Shown here in pieces: positions 17,276 through 34,383 of a DNA stretch of 64,000 nucleotides. The stretch's first letter is position 1. Each line of letters opens with the position of its first letter. The notes below the pieces were generated by a model. The model searched no databases and had not been told where the DNA came from. It worked only from the letters and a program-made list of their open reading frames with translations. Both the position numbers and the translations under genes were made by a program. Source of the stretch: the human T2T-CHM13v2.0 reference genome, Homo sapiens; assembly GCF_009914755.1 (NCBI RefSeq), contig NC_060934.1. One strand, 5' to 3'.

Positions 17276-17405
17276 GACTGGGCACAGTGGCTCATGTCTA
17301 TAATCCTAGTAGTTTGGGAGATGGAGTTAGGAGGATCACTTGAGGCCAGAAGTTTGAGAACAGCCTGGGCAACATAGTGAGACTGTGTTCATATAGAAAA
17401 AGAAA
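17276..17405 (+). mobile_element. FLAM (free left Alu monomer)
   Basis: Single Alu arm flanked by an 11-bp TSD aatcaagattt (17265-17275 and 17416-17426). Confidence 0.85.
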
Positions 17406-19750
17406 TTAACTAATTAATCAAGATTTATATTTCACCATACCTAGCAGTTTCCGTATGTTCCCCTGTAGTTAGTCTCTTCTTCTCCACAGACCCTTCCTTA
17501 CATCGTCAGGTCCTAGTAAATGCTCATGTGTTTTTATATCTGTGATTTTGCTTTTTCAGAAATGCAAAGAACAGTAAGTTATTTCTGGCTTCTTTCATTT
17601 ACCATAATGCTTTTGAGATGCATCCATGTTGTTGCATTTATCAGTAGTCATCTTCTTCTTGCTACACATTGTCCCACTGTATGAATGCACCACAAGTGGG
17701 GGGCATTTAAGTTTTTGCCATTTTAATCATCACAAATGAAGGTTGTGTCAATATTCATGAAAGATCTTTGTGCTGATATATATTTTCATTTATTTTTGAT
17801 AAATGCTTAAGAATGAGAGTGCTAGTCATAAGGTAAGTGTGTACAAAATGTTATTATTAAAAAACTGCCATGTTATTTCTAAAGTAGCTGTATAATTTCA
17901 CATTCCCACCATAAAAATGTTAACATTTCAAATTTATTCGTATGATCCCAATGCATGGTATTTTCTTTTAAATTTTATCAATTCTTGAATACTCCTGAGC
18001 AGTAACAGGAACTGTTGTTACAATGCCAGAAAGTGGGCAGGTGAATCTCAAGCACATTCTATACATTGAGTCAAAGAAGCCATTACAAAAACAATTGCAT
18101 ACTGTTTGATAGAACATATATTTATTTATCCCTGAAAATACAAACTGTAATGATAGAAAAACAGATTGTTAAAATTCATGAAACTGTACATGGAAAGAAT
18201 AAAAAGAACCATAATTATATGATATTTTAGAAAGAAATTTAAAAATGAAACCTTTAAATTTTTTAAATTTTAGTAAGAATGTAGAAATTTTATCATGGAT
18301 TTAATTTGCATTTCCCTGATGTTTAATAATGTTGAACATATTTTCATATTCTTATTTGCCATTGCTACATGTTTTTTAAGTGACTATTCAAATCTGTTGT
18401 CCAGTTTCTTTCGTTGGGTATCTATTTTTTTTTAATTAAGTGTTCTGTATATTTTCTAGATAGCAGTCTTTTATTAGATATCTGTTACACGAATATTTCT
18501 CTCAGTCTATGACTTGTGTTTACATTCACTTAACAATATCTTACAAACAGCACTATTTCCTCATTTTGACATACCTCAGATGGTCATTTTTTCCCATTTC
18601 TAGTCCATACTACTTTGTCCTATTTAAAAAAATCTTTAATCAAAGGCACCAAATACTGTCTTCTAATTATCCTTCTGCAAGTGTTATTATTTTTAGTTTC
18701 TATGCTTAGATCTATGACTTTGTGTATGGTGTTAGATTTTATTTTTATAGAGTATTTAGTTTTTCCATTATCTTTGCTAAAGCAACACTATTTTGCCCAT
18801 TTCATTATCTTGACACCAGTTGTGGAAAATCAGCTGAACACACAAGCACATTTTTCTTGTAACTATTCTAAACCATTGATTTAATGTACATCTTAGGCCA
18901 ATTGCACGCTCTTTTGATTATTGCTCTTTATAGTAAGTCTTAAAATCAGCTATTTTAAGTTCACCAACTGTATATTTTTTATTTGAAAATGGTTTGATTA
19001 GTCTAGGTCCTTAGCTTCTCAACATGTATTAAACTCTTAGGGTGTCAAGTATCTTTGAATCTATAAAGCAACTGGGAAGAATGATCATATTAACAATATT
19101 AAGTCTTCCAGTCCATGAAAATGTCACATATCTAAATTGATTTAGATTTTTAAAATTTCTGTCAATAATATTTTAGATTTTTTAAAATCTTTATGTATTT
19201 TTCATGTTCCTAATGCTAAAGTAAATGGTATTGTTGCAGCTTTCTTGAGGTATGTATTCACGATAAATTTCACCTATTTTAAGTATAAAGCTTGATGATA
19301 TTTGGTAAATATTTGCAGATGTGCAACCATCAACATAACCAAATTTTAGAATATTTCCATACTCCAATAGTATTCCTGTATGTCTCTTTGCAGTTAATTT
19401 CTGCCCCTACTCCTGGTCTTAGGCAACAACTTATCTATTTTCTGTTGATCTAATTTTCCATTTGTTGTGTAAATAGGATATTTAATTATTTTGTGCCTCA
19501 TTTCTTTCACTTAGCATGCTGTTTTGAGATTAATTCATGTTGTTTCATATAGCATTAGTTTCTTTCATTTTATTACTGAGTAATATTCCATTACATAGAC
19601 AAACCATCTTTCCTATACAACTCTTGGTGAACAGATATATTCTTCGCGGTATTGCCTATTATAAATTTTGCTGCTGTGAATATCTGTGTACAAATCTAGG
19701 TAGGCATATGATTTCACTTATCCTGGTAGTAGAATACATTAGTCATGTAT

Positions 19751-20050
19751 GCCAGATGCAGTGGCTTACACCTGTAATTCAGGCCGAGGCAGGAGCTGAG
19801 CCCAGGAGTTTGAGACCAGCTGGGGCAACATAGCAAGAGCCTGTCTTTAAAAAATTTTTAAAAAGATAAAATAGTCAGGTATGGTGGCATGTGCCTGTAT
19901 TTCCAGCTTCTAGGGAAGCTGAGGGAGGAGGATTACTTAAGCAAGGGAGTTTGAGGCTACAGTGAGCAATGATCATTCCACTGCATTCCAGCCTGCACAA
20001 CAGAGCTAGATCAGTCTCTAAAATAAATGAATAAATGAATACGTAAATAA
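19751..20050 (+). mobile_element. AluJ
   Basis: Diverged dimer (gcccaggagtttgagaccagc; ggagtttgaggctacagtgagc), (TAAA/TGAA)n tail, TSD ag(t)catgta / agttatgta. Confidence 0.9.
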
Positions 20051-23027
20051 GTTATGTAGGAAGAAAATGTCGACTTTAATAAATACTTCCAACACTTCTT
20101 TTTTTTTCAAAAATGGCTGTACCATTTTTCTTGTCTTTTTGAGAATAAAAAGAACGCCATTTCTTATTGTTCAGTCTCTTTCCATACCCTTGCCTACACT
20201 TCATATTTGCAGCATCTTCTATTTTTTGCTATTCTTGTGCATGTATATTGGTATCTCATTTTGTTTTTAATTTGCTTTTACCTGATATCCAATGATGTTG
20301 AGCATTTATTGTGAGGTTGCTTTTCAAATATTCCCTCACTTTTTGATATTAATTTGTACTATTGAGTTCATCCTTTTATATTGAGAAACCCATATCATGC
20401 TTCTATATGAATCTTTTAAAAATATCTTATTTTAATCTGTCATGTCTTTTGATTTTCTTAATAATGTATTACAAAAAGTAGAAAATTATGTTTTATTGAT
20501 TCTGATTTATCAAATATTTTCTTTTATAATAATGCTCCTTGTAGCCTAAAAATTCTCTGTCTCCTCCAAAGCCTTGAATGTTTCTTTCTAAATATATTTT
20601 TTTCTAAAACTTTTATAGTTTTAGGTTTTACTTCAAGTCTCACAAACCAATTCATGATCATTTTGTGTAGGTTTGGAAGAAATTTTTCAAGTTTCTTTCC
20701 ATATGAAAAGTTAGTTTCTCCAGTACCATATGTTCTTCCCTCAGACCTTGTCAAGTCCTTGAATATTCATAGTTCAAAGGGGACAGTCTCAGTTTTCTAC
20801 TGTAAACATTTCTTGTCAATACCTACCCAGTGAAGGCCCATGGTAGAGTGACGGCAAAAAGTGTGAACTTCTTATATACCTGGTTTGCACAGAATTATAA
20901 ATGCAAGTCCATTCTTGGCCCTTAACAATTTGTTATATTTCAGTCATTTTTTTCTTATCCACTTTTATAGCTTCCAACTCTTTCTCCTGTGATCTGTCAT
21001 ATACAAAATGGACTATGTGTCCTACTCATGTGTTCCTTCTTTCCTTCAAGTGTGTTGTATCCATTTGTAGTTCAGTCCACCTGCATGCCTTGATCCCTCA
21101 GCTTTCAGATGAAGAGAAAAGATTATAATTTTGTTTATTTTGTTTTTTTCTTGTTTTAAATGTGACTGAACATTTTTTTTGCTACCTTCTATACCCTAAA
21201 AGGAATCAGTACCCACACAAGTAAATTTTGCAAAGGAACATTAAATAAGTATGCTTTATGAAACTACAGTCAATCTGCTAATCTTCTTTGAACCTTATAC
21301 TATGCCTATGAGTGTTCTACAGGCTTTTTCAAGTTATAAAATGTAAACTTTATCTGGATCCTGCAACTCAAATATTGTTTTAGGAGAAAGATAATGCAGT
21401 ACAGGTATTTGAAGACTGAAAAGCATGGGGCATACTCTCATGTTAATAAGAATTTAGAGTGAAAACATCTTAATGTGGACTAGTAAGAGGAAATTATTTC
21501 CTATAGAAGCTGGGAATTGATCAGGATCCTGAATATTGTGTACCAATTGGGTGAGTAGAAGCTAAAGGGCCACAAATTTCAGTAAAGGCAGCAGCATGAA
21601 CAAACATCACAGTTGTACTGGGCAAGTGAGAGTACAGTAGCCTACCCTAAAAGCAACCCTTAATTTTCCTTTGAGAGATGATCAAATATGAAAGTGAACT
21701 TATGTTAAACACTTACAAATTGTCATTATTTTTATCTTCAAATCTTTCAATTTCTTAGTACTATGTTTATTGTAAACTAAGTATTTACATGACATAATCT
21801 CTTTATGAAATATACTGATGTTGACCTTATTAAAAACCATGGGTAAGAGATAATGTTATTTGAATCCTCAGTTTACAAATGACCTACATCTTGTCCCCAT
21901 TGGATTCTCCCCAAATACACATAGTCAGAAATATGTTATTTTTGTTGATTTTAATTAAATAACATGAAGTAATTTATCTGGAGCTTATCCAATAAGGATA
22001 TGGAATGTTCACAAGTCATTGTACCCAGATTTAAAGATAAAAGAGAGCTTTGTGTTTATGTTCATAAAATTCATATATAAACATATGACTATATATATAA
22101 TTTTATATATATATATATATGTTTCCAAAAGCGGTACTGTGACACCAAACTCTTGAATAAGTATTTTCAAAATAAATGGTAAATTCACAGGCCTTATAAT
22201 TTTCTGATGAATGCAGATGAGCATTTTTATCATCACCAATTCATGGTTATGAAAAATCCCTCAGAGCAGTTAAGTAACATGTTTGGCTTATTCCAGATGC
22301 TGGATTCTCCTCATCAGGCATACTCAGCCACATCACCTTCTTCAAGCAGTCAGTATTGTGGGAGATGGTAAAGAACATTTAAGTGTACATTTCTCCCTAG
22401 AATTGTGCTTAAATGGACCAGAGTGTTTTCCAGGATTATGGAAAATTTCAGAATGTGCTTTTTCTATGTATTCCAATTTACCAACCACAAACCTAATATG
22501 GTTCTAGGCTAAAGGATTATCTCAGTGAAGTAAGTGTAAATCTTGCCTAGTTGAGCAAAAAATCCTACTTCTGAGCCTCTCAGAGTCCATCAGGCATCAG
22601 GCTGGGACAAAAGAGTTAATGCTTCAGAATGAAACCAACGCACCTCTCTAGTGTTGAACACTGCATCCAATGTATTTGGGTGAATTTTGTTGTTTTCAAC
22701 TTTTTCTGCTATGATAAAAAGATCATTAAAGACTTCAGCATCCTCAGAGTAGCTCAAAAACTTAATTCTAGTAAAATAGCAAGTGTCATCATTAACAATA
22801 AAAGGCAGTACTGGGATCTATTATTGCAGTCAGGCTTTCGAAGTTTTGTTATCATTCTTAATCCTGAATAGTTCATCAGAGAGACACAAGGAGTAGCTGT
22901 TTCATTCAAATTACCACCATCTGGGGCTCAATTATTCTACAAAAATATGAGATCTATGCTCTTTATTTGTGATAAGTAGATACACATGGGATTTTCAAAA
23001 ACAGAGCTTTTAGATTACAGGACATCA

Positions 23028-26566
<3,539 letters not shown>

Positions 26567-28789
26567 AAAATAAGGTGACTCAGCTAGTTTCTCCAGAATA
26601 ACTGACAACTGGTTACCAATGAATTGGGGGCAATATGATGATGTACACTATATTTTCTCACCTTCCTCAGAATTTCTTGGCAATTATGAATTCTAGATCT
26701 GGACACATGAATTACATTTCAAACATTGTTGAAATATCTTTCAAAAGTTGATCTCGGAGAGGCAGTGAATTATTTTGAATAATATAAGATTATTGAATCA
26801 GACATACCTAACTAAAGAATTGTCCACAAGGATATTTCTTATCTTCTCTGATTCTGAGTTTCCCACATTGAGTACGTATGATAAATTCAATTTTGCAATA
26901 TGTGTGCCAAGATTAGAATTAATACAAGTATCATATCTGACACATATCAGTGACTCCACAAATGTAGCTTTTTGCTATTATAAGTACTAGCAGAAATTAT
27001 GTTATGATTGTACTTCTAGCGTAAAAGATTGGAAAGTATTGTGAATATGGAGCCTTGACACCTGAGTTCTGTGAGGATTTTTGTGACTCTCTCAATCTGA
27101 AGTTGTTCATTTGTTAAATAAATAGGTACAGGTAATATCCCCACAGCTGTACTAATTACCCCAAAACTATCATTCTGTGATTAAATATGTAGATTGTCCA
27201 TCTAAAAAATCAAAATGACGAGAATTCTAGGCCACTGGAATCTATGTTAAAGTATGAAAACACATATGAAATATGAGAAACAACAGAATCAGTAGGGACA
27301 AGGAGAATAAAACAGTAGATAAATGAAGGAAAATAGAGATAAATGTATAATTTGTGAATATGGTACAAGAGCAATTATTAAATTAAAGTTAAAATGAGAC
27401 AAAGAACTTAGATAATCCGCATAACTTTTAAATTAAAAAAAATTGCAACAAGGAGTTTAACATTAGTTAGTATACTTTGGTAAGAATTAGTTATTTTCCT
27501 CTGAAGATCTAGAGAATAGCATGAATAATTATACAGGGATGTGGAAGAAAGGAGGTAGTGAAAGGCTCAATACTTAAGAAGAATTAGACTTTATCAAGCA
27601 TGTTGGACAATTAGAAGTAATATAAAAAGCCTAAAATTTTGGAGTGTTGAATAGAAGCTTCTGAAAACCAGAAAAGAACTTAGAACATCAGTGTGTCCTG
27701 TTCTGTGTTCAGGATCTCATGCACTACTTTGTGCTTGGAATATGCCATATGGGGAATAAGGAAAATAGCAGAAATAAACAATGGTGGAAGCAAGACAATG
27801 GAAATTATTTTTTATTAATATCATAAAAATTTAAAGTAAAAATATTAAATTATAATTTACACATAGGTAATTAGATACTTAAAGCTAGCATTATATAACT
27901 TTAATTTTCCAAAGGTAGTTTTAGGAATTCTATGGTTTATTTTTAGGTTTTAAAAATAGTTTCCCCAAAGAATGAATGCCTGTTATGATTTTCTTCTTTG
28001 CATCACCACAATTTTCATCATTATAAGCACTCTAGAAGTGTAACTTTTCCACATCGTTCATCTTGATGAGGCATTGTATTTTTAGAGATGGCTGAATATT
28101 TTTACCTGTGCAATGGAGTTTCTCTATAAATAGCAGAAAGGTATTTAGAAAAAAATGTTATTTTGAAATTCATGTAAAGACGTAGTTCTCTCTCATTAAA
28201 GTGTGAGTTTATTCTCCTGCTAAGGAAATATCACTGCAAAAATTCTTCTAGAATGAAAGAGGCTGATGCTAGAGGCAGACAAAAGCAAACAATTTCATGA
28301 ACAATATATCAAAAAGCATATTTCTAATGAAGGTTAAATATTAGCATTATGCAATAAATGTAATGCCCCATTTAAGATTTGCTCTTTCGAGTTGTGTCCG
28401 TTTTTGGTATCTGATACTAAATTTTTCTGACCAAATGCATACTTTATTTGTAAATCAATTCTCAGTTATCATCCATATAAAAATCTTTCTATAACTTTTT
28501 ATCTTCATTCACTGCTCAAGATATTGTTACTATTGAAAGCTCAATTTCACTCTGAGGCAGAAGAGCAATTCATCATCTACATTCCATCTTTGGCTCTTCT
28601 ATGCTCTGCCCTCTCTTTTGGATCTCAATCTCAAGAATGTTTTAAACTGTGGCTTCCTATAGTGTTGTACCAATGTCCTAGCATGACTGCCCATGTGGAC
28701 TACATTCTTTACTACTGTTCAGTTTATAAGTGTCACATGTGCATTGCAAAACTAAGGTACTCTGAGAAACAATTCAAATTATAACTAAA

Positions 28790-28955
28790 TCGTGGAGCTC
28801 TATAGTACATGTTAGCATATTAAAAACAGAAATCCCAGATCAAGGAAAGCTAATTAACTTTTTAAAATTAGTGTTTCCTAATCATAATTGAGCTTTTTGG
28901 TTTATAATATCTGTTCATTTCCTACATAATTTGCATTGTCTAAAACACATTTTTG
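28790..28955. mobile_element. Probable old hAT-Charlie-type DNA transposon fragment
   Basis: catgttagcatattaaaa...agtgtttccta resembles recalled Charlie-type ends; family uncertain. Confidence 0.3.
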
Positions 28956-29074
28956 ATTATTGCTTTGCCTTAAATTTACGTTCTATCAAAAATAGATGAT
29001 AGCTTAATATGGTTCTTTTACAAAGGGTTTGAAATTTATCAAAGCTTCCTAAAGATGCAGTTTTTTTTTTAATT

Positions 29075-29300
29075 GGTGTTGGCACACTACAGTTCCTAGG
29101 AAAAAAATTGTTCTATTGCCTATATTTGTAAATAAAGTTTACTGGAACACTGCCACATCCATTTATATTTACGTATTCTCTATGACTTCTTTAGTTCTAT
29201 AAAAACTAAGACAAGTAGTTGTAATGAAGACCTTATCGCCCACAAAATAAAAAATACTTACTAACTCGCCCTTTTTCAAAAAAAACTTGCCAACTCCTGC
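29075..29300. mobile_element. MER58A (hAT-Charlie MITE)
   Basis: tttgtaaataaagtttactggaacactgccacatcc...cttgccaactcctg end. Confidence 0.8.
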
Positions 29301-30099
29301 TATAGGATAAAATTATAATGGCAATTTGAAAGGCTCTGGAGCAGGACCACAGATTTTCCTTTTAATACAGATTATTTTTTAGGAATACCCCTTAGATCAC
29401 ACCAAGGGACAAGATAAAATATTGTTGCTTTGGTCCAAGAGCCACTCTCAAATTTGCAAGATTGAGATGCAGTTATTCAAATCAAAGTCAAAGATAAACA
29501 ATATTTGCATACAGAGAAATATATAACCTATTTGTATTGACTTTACTTCTGGGATCACATGACCAACACACTCTCCGTTTAAATTTATTTATTAAATCTA
29601 TAATATAAGACTTCTGACAACTTGTAGGAAACTGATTAAACTTTTAAGAGAGGGAAATGCGATGCTAAAGGGTAAGGTTCAGTCTCCTCTTTCTACTTAT
29701 CAGGAAGCATTGCAACATATCATATTTAGCTAACCCCAAATAAGCCTGCTCACTCTGTGTACCATTCATCAGAAGGAGAACTGAGACAATCAACAGGGAT
29801 GGATTAGTGCAGACACATCAGTACTCATGAGTCTAGATTAGTAACATAATTCTCACGCATGAAAGAGCACATTTATGCAGAGACAGCTAAATTATTAAGT
29901 TTCAATTCTACATGTTTCAAAACAGTCCTTTAAAAATAATTGCTGTCATTACTATAGTAGTATTTCAGAATAATCATGAGGCTGTTGATTTATATTCTCA
30001 CTTTTAAAATTCCATCAGCCATTTCCCTAAAGTAAAAAGATTTCACTGGCTTAACTCTCCAAAGATATACATCACATTTATATTTTATAGTACTTGAAT

Positions 30100-30475
30100 T
30101 TTTTTTATTATACTTTAAGTTTTAGGGTACATGTGCACATGGTGCAGGTTAGTTACATATGTATACATGAGCCATGCTGGTGCGCTGCACCCACTAACTC
30201 GTCATCTAGCATTAGGTATATCTCCCGATGCTATCCCTCCCCCCTCCCCCCACCCCACAACAGTCCCCAGAGTGTGATATCCCCCTTCCCGTGTCCATGT
30301 GATCTCGTTGTTCAATTCCCACTTATGAGTGAGAATATGCGGTGTTTGGTTTTTTGTTCTTGCGATAGTTTACTGAGAATGATGATTTCCAATTTCATCC
30401 ATGTCCCTACAAAGGACATGAACTCATCATTTTTTATGGCTGCATAGTATTCCATGGTGTATATGTGCCACATTT
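30100..30475 (-). mobile_element. Short 5'-truncated L1PA2-like 3' end
   Basis: Sense reading ctagatgacGAGttagtgggtgcagcgcacc and gatcacatggacac; TSD ttgaat(t/a)tttttt at 30094-30106 / 30474-30486. Confidence 0.93.
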
Positions 30476-30953
30476 GAATATTTTTTCACTGAATTAAATT
30501 TTTGAGAAATAAAGTACAAATTTGAGTTTATGTTAATGAATTTAGTGATGAATTACTCTTTGTCTCATTTGGAATTTTGTATTGGCAAAATGACTGCTAG
30601 GAATCTAAGACATCGCCATATTCTAATTTGATATATATTTTCCAGGTATTTTTATTAGTACTTATGATAAAGAGTAAAGAGTATTTTTTCATAAAATTTT
30701 GAGGTTACAATATTTGTATTTACACAGGAAAATATTTTTGACACTAAATATTAGCTGAGCATTAAGTTTTTCAAATTTATCACTTAAGCAAGGTACAACA
30801 AGGTTTTTTATAATACCAGAAGGATGACTATTATTTGCAGTATTTATATGCGTATTTTTTGTGCACCATTATAAGATTCAACAAATCTATTACAAACATA
30901 GATTCCAGGAACTTTAACCTTTCAGCTGATTTTTTTTTCAATAAGCACACCAG

Positions 30954-31118
30954 TAGTGTCATCAGGTAAAATACAAGAGATTCAACTAAATTTAAATTAC
31001 AAATAAACAACATGTAAATATTTAGTATAAATATGCCCCAAATATTATGTTACATATTTACACTGAAAAAAAAGAAAAACAGAAAAAAAAAAAACCTGTT
31101 CATAAAAAATCCAGTTTT
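30954..31118. mobile_element. MER53 (hAT MITE), left part
   Basis: tagtgtcatcaggtaaaatacaagag...aaatttaaattacaaataaacaac...tagtataaatatgccccaaatatt; preceded by TSD cacaccag (30946-30953). Confidence 0.8.
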
Positions 31119-31123
31119 ATTTT

Positions 31124-31560
31124 GGCTTAAAACGAGAAATTTATCCTATTGCTTGCTGGTTAGAAGTTTTTAGTTTAAAATCAAGGTGTCAGCAAGGCTA
31201 TGTTCCTCTCTGGAAGCTCTAGAAAATAATTTATTGTCTTGAGGTTTCCACCTTCTAAAAGTCATCCATAGGCCTTGGCTTATGGCCTTCTTTCTGAATC
31301 TTAAAACCAGACAAGTTGCATCTCTTCAACCTCTTGTATTCAACTCTTCCTCTGACTACAGCCACAAAAGGCTCTCTGATTTTAAGGACCCAGTGAGTTT
31401 AGCTTGAGCCTACCCATATAATCCAGAATAACTCTCTTATCCCTAGGTACTTAATTGATTCACATATGCAAAGTCCCTTTTTGATGTAAGTTACCATGTC
31501 CACAGATTCCTGGAATTCAGATTTGAACATCTTTGAGGGATCAGTACTCTGCTTCCAACA
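31124..31560 (-). mobile_element. MLT1 (D/E-like) LTR lacking its terminal U5 end
   Basis: ggcttaaaacgagaaatttat...tcaaggtgtcagcaaggc...taaggacccagtga...atgcaaagtcccttttt. Confidence 0.8.
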
Positions 31561-31616
31561 ATGGTTTGCAAATGATCCAGGCTAAACCTGAAGCTAAAAA
31601 ACACTGCTCTAGACAA

Positions 31617-31760
31617 TTCATTTTTCTCAGCCATGGATACATACTAGAATCCCCTGGGAAGCACCAAACAAAAACACCATCCTAGACCAACTGAATCAGT
31701 ATCAGAGGGTGCAAGGCCCAGCATCTGCAATTTTTTAAGTCTCCCAAGTTGATCTCAACT
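31617..31760. mobile_element. MER5B-like hAT MITE
   Basis: ttctcagccatggatacatactagaatcccctgggaagc...agaccaactgaatcag...ctcccaagttgatc. Confidence 0.65.
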
Positions 31761-31769
31761 AGTGTAGGG

Positions 31770-31827
31770 CAAGGGTTGGCAATGTATGGCCTGCAGACTA
31801 AATTTGGCTAGCATACTGTTTGTATGG
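31770..31827. mobile_element. MER58 left-end fragment only
   Basis: caagggttggcaatgtatggcctgcagactaaatttggc...ctgtttgta; no right part follows. Confidence 0.65.
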
Positions 31828-32205
31828 TTTTGTTTAACTTTTTATTATAAATTTGTATAGTTACAAATTTATACATCATGAAATTTATTCTCAAAGTGTT
31901 TAATTTAGTGGTCTTTTATAATATTTAGAATTTGTGCCAGTGTCTCCACTAGTTAATTCCATCACACTTTTATCATTCCAAAGAGAAACTTTGTACCGAT
32001 TAGCAGTCACTACCCATGCCTTCTCTACCATCACCCCTTGGCAACTACTTACTAGCTTTCTGTCTTTACAGATTTGCCCATTCTCGATATTTTATGTAAA
32101 TAGGATCATGCAATATATGACCTATGTGTTGGCTTCTTTTGCTTAGCATAACTTTCACCTATTTTGTATCATGAATCAGAATTTCATTCCTTTCTGTGAC
32201 TGAAT
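31828..32205 (-). mobile_element. L1MB-like 3' end, 5'-truncated
   Basis: T-rich tail, then tttatcattccaaagagaaactttgtaccgattagcagtcac, ccttggcaactact, ggatcatgcaatatatgacc. Confidence 0.8.
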
Positions 32206-32262
32206 GAAATTCAAATTTAACTGGGCTTCTTGTACTTTTATTTATTAAATCTAGTAACTCTA
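32205..32262. mobile_element. MER53, right part
   Basis: tgaaattcaaatttaactgggcttcttgtacttttatttattaaatctagtaactcta, followed by TSD cacactag (32263-32270). Confidence 0.8.
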
Positions 32263-32439
32263 CACACTAGTGTAATTTTAGTATAAAAATAGACAGGCTT
32301 GATCTTCGCTAAAGCAATAAAATTCTAAGTGCTTCCTAATTTTACCTCTGCATTCTTTTTAACATTCCAGTAAGGTCCGTAATTGTCTATCAGACTGTGA
32401 GGCTGTTTACCGCAACATTTATAGCAGTATATCAGATAT

Positions 32440-32920
32440 CTTGTCTGTCTCTAGACATCTAATTTTCCCTTCATTCTTCCTTAGAAAATCCCCAATTTTT
32501 ATTTGTAAACGTAGTCATACAGGATTTAAAAACTTCATGCCACAGGCTTCTAATCAAACAGTGTGGCATTCTGACTAAGTTCTAGTCAAAGGGATACAAG
32601 CAGAGGTATCTTGTTTTGCTTATGGGAACTATCTTTAATGGGACAGGATATGTGTCTTCGTTTTTCCTTCATTTTTTATGCTGACTCAAATGTGGTGTCA
32701 TGGCTAAAATTTGAGCAGCCACCTTAGGTCATAAGGAAAAAACTCATGAGAAAATATTTAAGGAACACTTATTCCCAATGGTAACAGTGACTACATACAG
32801 TCCTGGACTGCTTACTTCCAGATTCTATTTTGGCAAGAAAAAAAAACTTCTTCTGTCTTATTTAGTTTTTATTATTTGAGTTTTCAATTACTTACAGCTG
32901 AACATAATCTTTACTGTTAT
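32440..32920 (+). mobile_element. Old MaLR LTR (MLT1J-like)
   Basis: ctgactaagttctagtcaa...gcagccaccttag...cctggactgcttacttccagattct...ttacttacagctgaac. Confidence 0.6.
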
Positions 32921-32938
32921 GGACGATAAAGTGCACAT

Positions 32939-32939
<1 letters not shown>

Positions 32940-32978
<39 letters not shown>
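32940..32978. repeat. (CA)n microsatellite
   Basis: Directly visible. Confidence 0.97.
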
Positions 32979-32981
<3 letters not shown>

Positions 32982-33099
32982 GCCATACACAAAGAAGTAG
33001 CTTTTAATAGTTAAAATCTTACTTTGATGTATGAACACCATGAGTTACTGTAATTACTTTTTGTATACAAATCTATAAATGATATATATTCACTTACAT

Positions 33100-33715
33100 G
33101 TTTTTATTTTTAATCTGATTAAATTTCAGACAGAAAAGTTCCAAGAATCTCATAAGTAATTACAGAATATTAACATTACTCAGATATAACATTTTTCTAT
33201 AGTACAGTTTTCCTATAAGTACATTTCAGTCTTATGTCTTTGTGCCTCTTTTTCTTAGTACTTTAGTGCATATTTCTTTAAAACAAACAGCAAAAAAAAA
33301 CACCTTTATCTCAAATTCCCAAAATAAGATTTTGAAAACAAGAAAATTAACATTAATAAAACACTATTTTCTAATTTACAGATTTTATTCAAATATCATC
33401 ATCTGTCCCAATAATATTATTTATGACAAAATAAAATCTTGCAAAGGCATTATATTCATATGCCATGTCTTTATCCTTTTTTTAATACAGAATGTTGTTG
33501 CTGCAATTATTTTTCTTTCAAGATGTTGATGCTTTGGAAGAGTCCAGGCCATTATTTTGTGGAAATAGTGGGTTTCTAAAAGCAGATTTGGCCTGTTCCA
33601 AGTCTGGGATAATTTCAATATCAAAATAATTATAGTAAAGGATTAAGACCCATGGAATAAAATAGGAATCCCAGAGCCCACACTGATGTAGATGGTAAAT
33701 AAATAACAACACTGG
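33100..33715. mobile_element. L1MC-like 3' fragments (antisense to ~33580, then sense)
   Basis: cagaaaagttccaaga; gaagagtccaggccattattttgtggaa; gattaagacccatggaataaaatagg. Confidence 0.5.
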
Positions 33716-34383
33716 TTTTAAATTCTGATTCTTCACAATGAAGAAAATGGTAAAAATTTTAAATCATGTGCGAGAGAGACTATTTTCTGAGTTCTATCAG
33801 ATGTGATATCTCTTCTTCTTTGCTTGTGTAAGTTATTCTGATTGCTTTAGTGGCTCACTCTCTCCCTGGTCCACTACAATCAGCAGTGAAAATAATTTTT
33901 TTAATGAAAGGACTATATGAATTAGAGTTTCTATCTGTTTCTCAAAACTCAGATATTAAACACATATTCCAGAACCACTAAGTTTATTTCACGGTCCTAA
34001 TCCCCCAGTAGGATTCTGAAATGTCTGTCACTAAGTGTATATTTGAGAATGATTTCTTGCTCCATGTTAATAAGCTTTCTGCTAACTGCCATCTTTAATA
34101 CACCTATTGCTGTTTCTGAAAGCAGCCTGACCTCTGTTGCATGCTATAAAAGTGAGAAAAAAGTTTTAAAGAGTAGGGAAAATTGACTGATATATTGATT
34201 CAAAAGGTAAACAATTCCTTCCTGGGAAGAATATGAATGGCATTTGATTTTCTCTACAAGAGGAAAAAAGATTCCTCCTGCTATACTGTTTATCGATTAT
34301 ATATACACTCTCATGTGAGTTACATAATTTTTTACTAACAGTAATATGTGATCTTCTCCTAGAACTCAAAATTAATCATCAAT

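Larger units (their letters stand above)
17170..20755 (-). mobile_element. Patchwork of ancient L1M (MC/MD/ME-type) fragments, mostly antisense
   Basis: Repeated degenerate antisense L1 motifs, e.g. gagatgcatccatgttgttgc, ttaatttgcatttccctgatg, taacaatattaagtcttccagtccatgaa, tttatagttttaggttttac. Confidence 0.7.
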
